Positions 59,357-64,000 of a stretch of 64,000 nt of DNA are shown here, piece after piece. The stretch comes from Thermodesulfobacteriota bacterium. Its GTDB lineage: Bacteria; Desulfobacterota_D; UBA1144; Nemesobacterales; UBA2774. The DNA lies in assembly GCA_965223335.1 (NCBI GenBank), contig OZ244991.1:986130-1050129 (forward strand), given 5' to 3'. The position numbers and the translations under genes were made by a program. The notes beneath the pieces were generated by a model that saw nothing but the letters and a program-made list of their open reading frames with translations, ran no database searches and was not told the DNA's origin. The stretch's first letter is position 1. Each line of letters starts with the position of its first letter.

Positions 59357-60241
59357 ATGAGTTATCTCACAAAGAGATCATTTTTATATGTATTTTCTAT
59401 TTTTGTGTTGTCTATTGGAGTGATTGGAGGCTGCAGCAGCAATGATCCCGATAAATCTCGTATCGAAGGTGTAGTATTGTCTGTAAATGGTAATCCAGTT
59501 GCAGTAGGCGACATCCTTGTATCAGCTATCAACTCTAATGGCACAAGGGTAAGCAGCAGAGGACAGACCAATGCATCGGGTGCTTACAGCATAGGCATTA
59601 ATAATGAGTCCGGATCTAAAGTACGTTTGGTAACACTTATTTTTACCACTCAAGATGGGCTTATTTTCAGCGAAGATTTCTTGGTTCCACGAAACACGAC
59701 TAGTTTACTAAATGTGACACTTGCAAACGGAGAGGTCAACATCGCTGACGGTGACTACACAGTTCTTTCCAAACCAGTTAATGCTAACGGCAATCAGACA
59801 TATATATTTGCCGACGCTATTGGTATTGATACCCCGGGACAGGCATCGTTTGTAATTGACGGTAACACAAACACATGTGTCAGAGCCCGTGACAATAGCA
59901 CGATTATTATTAATGTCGATGATTTCCTGGCATCTAACTGCAACATCGGAGTCAGGTCCGGTAGCAATGCAAACATCTCTATCAATGCTGATGATGATTT
60001 CGAGATACTAAGTGGCAGCTTCGGTGTTAGGTCAGCTAACGCATCTGTAGTAAACTTATCGGCATTAGACGAATTCTTTATTACGTCGGCAAATGCATTT
60101 GGTATAGGGGCGATTAACTCTTCAACGGTTAACGTAAACAACGGTCTAGCCAACCCCGATACGTGCGAGATAGTTGGTTTACAGGGCGATATAGAGGTAT
60201 TAGACCTGGCGCAAGTTAACGTCCCACCAAACTGTAATTAA
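59357..60241 (+). CDS. putative lipoprotein with carboxypeptidase-regulatory-like N-domain and Asn-rich beta-helix-like repeats
   Basis: RBS GGAAGGAGG; lipobox IGVIGGCSS; GVVLSVNGNPVAVGDILV...GAYSI beta-sandwich pattern; periodic N.(S/A).(I/V) repeats. Confidence 0.4.
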   Translation: MSYLTKRSFLYVFSIFVLSIGVIGGCSSNDPDKSRIEGVVLSVNGNPVAVGDILVSAINSNGTRVSSRGQTNASGAYSIGINNESGSKVRLVTLIFTTQDGLIFSEDFLVPRNTTSLLNVTLANGEVNIADGDYTVLSKPVNANGNQTYIFADAIGIDTPGQASFVIDGNTNTCVRARDNSTIIINVDDFLASNCNIGVRSGSNANISINADDDFEILSGSFGVRSANASVVNLSALDEFFITSANAFGIGAINSSTVNVNNGLANPDTCEIVGLQGDIEVLDLAQVNVPPNCN

Positions 60242-60264
60242 TCTTAGTTTACTCTAGAAAATCA

Positions 60265-60296
60265 AAGGGCCGGCCTTGCCGGCCCTTTTCTATTTG
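60265..60296 (+). terminator. rho-independent terminator
   Basis: GGGCCGGC-CTTG-GCCGGCCC hairpin (60267-60286) followed by TTTTCTATTT. Confidence 0.8.
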
Positions 60297-60405
60297 TCCT
60301 CCAATTTGCTTCTATATATAGTGTAGTAATTTCACTCTATCGAGCCACCCCTCGAACTTTATGTTAATATATTTGCTCCGTTCATAAATTAATTTAAGAG
60401 GACAG

Positions 60406-61356
60406 GTGTATCGTATGGATGAGCAGTCAGTTCATATATTGCTGTTTTATAAATTCGCCCGGTTAACAGACCCTCACAAATTTACATCCGAGCACCTTGA
60501 TTACTGTGTGGGTGCCGGGCTCCTGGGCAAGGTGCTTGTAGCAACCGAGGGCATTAACGGCTCAGTATCCGGCACTAAGCGCCAGGTAGACGAATATAAG
60601 GCGCACCTAACAGGCTATGACCAGTTCTCAGACATAGCTTTTAAAGAGGAACTAAGCACATTCCATCCCTTTAAAAAAATGATCGTTCGTGTGAAAAACG
60701 AGATTATTAGGATGGACCAAGAACTCGATCTAGACAATAGAGGCAAGTACATATCACCCAAAGAGCTCATTGACCTCTACCAAAGCGGCGAAGAATTTGT
60801 CATTCTCGATACACGCAACAACTATGAGTCCGACGTAGGTAAATTTAAGGACGCCATAACCCCAGACATCGATACTTTCCGCGAGTTCCCCGCATATGTG
60901 GATGGGTTAGATGAACTCAAGGACAAAAAGGTTGTCACCTACTGCACGGGTGGAATACGGTGCGAGAAAGCAACCTCCTATATGGTAGCCCGGGGCTTTA
61001 CGGACGTGTACCAGCTCAAAGACGGCATATTGAACTTCTGCCAGGAGTACCCAGACACGGTGTGGGAGGGCAAGTGTTTTGTGTTTGACCAGAGGCTCGT
61101 TTCAGACGTCGATCCCGAGAGCAAAGTACTTACACAGTGCACCCATTGCGAGGAGGTCTCCGACCGCTACCAAAACTGCAAGCATGCCGAGTGCGATAAG
61201 CTCTTCATAATTTGCGAGTCCTGCAGCGATGAGTACAAGGGATGCTGCACACCTGAGTGTGTGCAAAAGTACGAGGCACACCTAGAGATCAAATCCAAAC
61301 AGCTCCAGGGAACCAAGAAAAAAAAGGCCGGCACCCAAGAGCTATCCACAGATTAA
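60406..61356 (+). CDS. trhO: rhodanese-domain tRNA U34 hydroxylase (TrhO/YceA family)
   Basis: ILLFYKF...GINGSVSG N-domain, rhodanese active site VTYCTGGIRCEKAT, C-terminal Cys cluster. Confidence 0.75.
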   Translation: MYRMDEQSVHILLFYKFARLTDPHKFTSEHLDYCVGAGLLGKVLVATEGINGSVSGTKRQVDEYKAHLTGYDQFSDIAFKEELSTFHPFKKMIVRVKNEIIRMDQELDLDNRGKYISPKELIDLYQSGEEFVILDTRNNYESDVGKFKDAITPDIDTFREFPAYVDGLDELKDKKVVTYCTGGIRCEKATSYMVARGFTDVYQLKDGILNFCQEYPDTVWEGKCFVFDQRLVSDVDPESKVLTQCTHCEEVSDRYQNCKHAECDKLFIICESCSDEYKGCCTPECVQKYEAHLEIKSKQLQGTKKKKAGTQELSTD

Positions 61357-61483
61357 TCCCAATCAAACTATAATTAATGCATTTATATATTGGTCGTTAA
61401 TTTCGGTTAATTGTCTATGTAAGCATCAAACGGGTTGCAAGTGACCCCCGCGACCTGTTAGAGCCGCGGGGGAGAAAGTTTCG

Positions 61484-62314
61484 TTACTCTTTCATCTCTT
61501 CTTTCTTGTCGTCCGCCATAGCGGTCTCAGGTGTATATTCGTTTATCACTTGGTACTGCGGGTACACAAAGCTCCCTTTCATCCACACCGCCCATGTGGG
61601 GTCCGCAGTGGGCTTGATGTTGTTAAGTGGATGACCTTCGGGTGCCTTGATCGTGATCTTAGGGTTTTGAGTGTCTACCACAGCTCCTATGAATGGGATG
61701 GGGTACTTGACCACCTGGTTTACCTTTTTACCGTCCTTCTCGGTCTCTATATGGCCAAAGTAGTTAAGATGTCCCCCTCCTACGTCCCCAAGCTCCTCAC
61801 CAACATCGGCCGTGGACTCGATGTATGGAGTATCGCCTACTTTGAGCACTGCTGTTAGTTTGCCGTCCTCAACCGTGGTGGTGGTGAATCCCTCTTCTGC
61901 AGGGATACCTACTTTTTCGGTAAACCCTCGCATCGTGGGAGAGCTGTTGAAATAGTGGATAAAGTACCTACCCGGATAGCCGGTATCCGCACCCATGACG
62001 TAAGAGTCCTGGTCCTTAAGCTCAATTGTCAGATAGGTAAGCGTATAGGCGCCGAATCCCGAGGTCTGGTTTGCCTCGGGTACAGTGTACATGTTTATTA
62101 CTACCTGTCCCTCGGGGTTAGGCTCCAGCCCCGGGGGCAAAAGTGCCTTAAGCGCTTCGGGGTCTGTTTTATACGCGGCTATAAACATCCACGCATTAGT
62201 CACAAGCTGTGGCCCCGGCAGCTCGTTTGCCTCTTCCTCGGCCCGTGCCCCGGTGTTAACTGCAAAAATTACAAGCAACAACAGTACTAAACTCAAGCTA
62301 AATATTTTCTTCAT
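61484..62314 (-). CDS. secreted hypothetical protein
   Basis: Signal peptide (LLLLVIFAVNTGARA); no confident family. Confidence 0.3.
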   Translation of the reverse strand: MKKIFSLSLVLLLLVIFAVNTGARAEEEANELPGPQLVTNAWMFIAAYKTDPEALKALLPPGLEPNPEGQVVINMYTVPEANQTSGFGAYTLTYLTIELKDQDSYVMGADTGYPGRYFIHYFNSSPTMRGFTEKVGIPAEEGFTTTTVEDGKLTAVLKVGDTPYIESTADVGEELGDVGGGHLNYFGHIETEKDGKKVNQVVKYPIPFIGAVVDTQNPKITIKAPEGHPLNNIKPTADPTWAVWMKGSFVYPQYQVINEYTPETAMADDKKEEMKE

Positions 62315-62488
62315 AACACTCCTCCGTGTATATATTAATCAAGATTTTATATTCGGAACTTAACACTGCTAATTTGAAAAACCCCAAACACCCGGCCCAT
62401 CAACTGATTCTACAACATGGCATTGCGCTTCTCAACACTTATTTCGCACGTGGCTTCCAAGACACTTTATATGTAATTTAGGGGGGAC

Positions 62489-63979
62489 TCAATAATCCTC
62501 TTTCCGCTGCAGTGAGGGGTTGGGCACAAAGGGGTCAATAGTGTCGTTTTTTGCACCTTTATTAGAGCTGTGCATGATTGAGAGCACTGCCGTATATATA
62601 AACCCGAACTGTATAATCAACAAAAACGGTATCCAGCCAAAATAGCCCATTATGATCGCATAGACCGATTGGAACAAAAAGAATATTCCAATTGTAAGCT
62701 CGATTAGTGCGGTAATACTCGTGGACGAGACGTAGCTTGTTTTTTTCCAGTTATCCGATTTTGTCGTGACCGCAAACTTAGGTGTACGTTTAAATTCCGA
62801 GCTCTTACCCAGCAACGCCTCTATTACGGCTTTGGAATTGTTTATAGATATTCCCGCCCCCAGTGCTATGGCTGTGGCAACGTGCTTGGCGTACTTGACC
62901 CAGTTCTCCCCGTGCACCTCCTGCACGGTGATCCAATAGAACCTAAAGAAGCTGAATGTACCAAGCGATATAGCCACAAGGTTAAACAATACAACTTTCT
63001 CCCATCCTACGGAGTCCCAAAAATAGGCCATCGGGAACATAAGCACCAGTAGTACGAGTAAGAAGATATACGATAAGTTTCCCAGTAAATGAAAGCATGC
63101 CTCGGATTTTATTTTAAGTGGGAGTGTACTCTCCCCAAGCAGTCTCGGGAGTATTTTGAGCGCTGTCTGCACCCCGCCTTTTGCCCAGCGGTGCTGCTGC
63201 GATTTAAAGGCGTTCATATCCACAGGCAGCTCAGCATCCGCCACTGTGTCTTTTAGGTAAACGAGCTTCCAGCCCTTTAGCTGCGCCCTGTAGCTAAGGT
63301 CAAGGTCCTCTGTAAGCGTGTCGTGCTGCCACCCGCCCGCATCGTAGATACATTCCTTTCTCAACACCCCGGCAGTGCCGTTAAAATTAAAGAACATACC
63401 CCCGTGGAACCTAGCCGTCTGCTCAATCATAAAATGGCCGTCCAGCAGTATGGACTGTGCCTTGGTCAACATCGAGTAGTCAATGTTAACGTGTCCCCAC
63501 CTTGCCTGAACAATCCCGATCTTGGGGTCCGAGAAATAATCAATCGTGTCCCTAAGGAAGTTCTTAGGGGGAATAAAGTCTGCATCGAATATTGCAACAA
63601 ACTCCCCTTTAGCTACACTCAACCCCTCGCGCAGTGCCCCTGCCTTATAGCCCTCTCTATCTTCACGGTGGATGTAGTGGATATCAAAGCCCCTTTGTCG
63701 GAAGCGGTTAACGACCTCACACGCAATTATTTGTGTGTCGTCAGTCGAGTCATCCAACACCTGTATCTCGAGTTTATCCAACGGATAGTCGATCTTGCAG
63801 ACCGACGAGATCAACCTCTCCACCACGTACATCTCGTTATAAATTGGCAGCTGTATTGTGACGCGGGGTAGATTGCTCAAACGTTGGGGGGGCGATACTT
63901 CTTTGTTTTTATTACGTCTATAGATATGTACTATGTAATATCTATGCGCTCCGTAGGTACAGAGCAATGTTAAGGTCAA
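62489..63979 (-). CDS. processive family-2 glycosyltransferase (CesA/NodC/HAS-like synthase)
   Basis: DDS.DDT, DADF and QHRWAKG (QxxRW) motifs, with flanking TM helices at both ends. Confidence 0.7.
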   Translation of the reverse strand: MTLTLLCTYGAHRYYIVHIYRRNKNKEVSPPQRLSNLPRVTIQLPIYNEMYVVERLISSVCKIDYPLDKLEIQVLDDSTDDTQIIACEVVNRFRQRGFDIHYIHREDREGYKAGALREGLSVAKGEFVAIFDADFIPPKNFLRDTIDYFSDPKIGIVQARWGHVNIDYSMLTKAQSILLDGHFMIEQTARFHGGMFFNFNGTAGVLRKECIYDAGGWQHDTLTEDLDLSYRAQLKGWKLVYLKDTVADAELPVDMNAFKSQQHRWAKGGVQTALKILPRLLGESTLPLKIKSEACFHLLGNLSYIFLLVLLVLMFPMAYFWDSVGWEKVVLFNLVAISLGTFSFFRFYWITVQEVHGENWVKYAKHVATAIALGAGISINNSKAVIEALLGKSSEFKRTPKFAVTTKSDNWKKTSYVSSTSITALIELTIGIFFLFQSVYAIIMGYFGWIPFLLIIQFGFIYTAVLSIMHSSNKGAKNDTIDPFVPNPSLQRKEDY

Positions 63980-64000
63980 TGCATATATTGTCGTTATTAC

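Overview
This 64 kb window is bacterial chromosomal DNA, about 45-50% GC, that spans the replication origin. The dnaA and dnaN genes sit on the minus strand, with an AT-rich oriC candidate upstream of dnaA that carries a perfect DnaA box. Left of the origin are a chorismate mutase/prephenate dehydratase gene, a bifunctional-nuclease-domain gene, a GspL/M/N-like secretion module and a ComF-family gene. Right of the origin are an MFS transporter, ferritin, a TraB/GumN protein, a Cas4-like PD-(D/E)XK nuclease, a hybrid histidine kinase with a truncated paralog fragment, an HTH-XRE/S24 (LexA/CI-like) repressor, and the YifB/ComM ATPase. A complete cbb3-type cytochrome oxidase locus follows: ccoI, an unannotated ccoS, a fused ccoNO, a ccoQ-like mini-ORF, a monoheme ccoP, ccoG, and a His-rich DsbD_2-type membrane protein. 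It is followed by an NtrC-type two-component pair. Next comes a polyphosphate-associated cluster (Ppx/GppA, CHAD, ParA-like ATPase, CYTH). Housekeeping genes follow: an ArsC/Spx-family gene, thiL, two CNNM/CorC paralogs, ybeY, hisB, hisH, an SLT transglycosylase, queF, tRNA-Gln, 1-Cys peroxiredoxin, YegP, YmgE, Nif3, leuA, an AAA ATPase, tRNA-Ala, trhO and a processive GT2 synthase. Also present are surface proteins, including a DUF1566 lipoprotein and an IPTL-CTERM-sorted protein. Downstream of tRNA-Ala there is a 17-bp direct repeat of the tRNA 3' end. It bounds a small AT-rich integrated remnant that carries a frameshifted gene, followed by further low-GC orphan genes. I found no CRISPR arrays or rRNA genes. 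The candidates that look least described are the ppx-CHAD-parA-CYTH module, the tRNA-Ala islet, and a palindromic TGTC-N9-GACA motif shared by the ccoI and ppx promoters. None of these were checked against databases.
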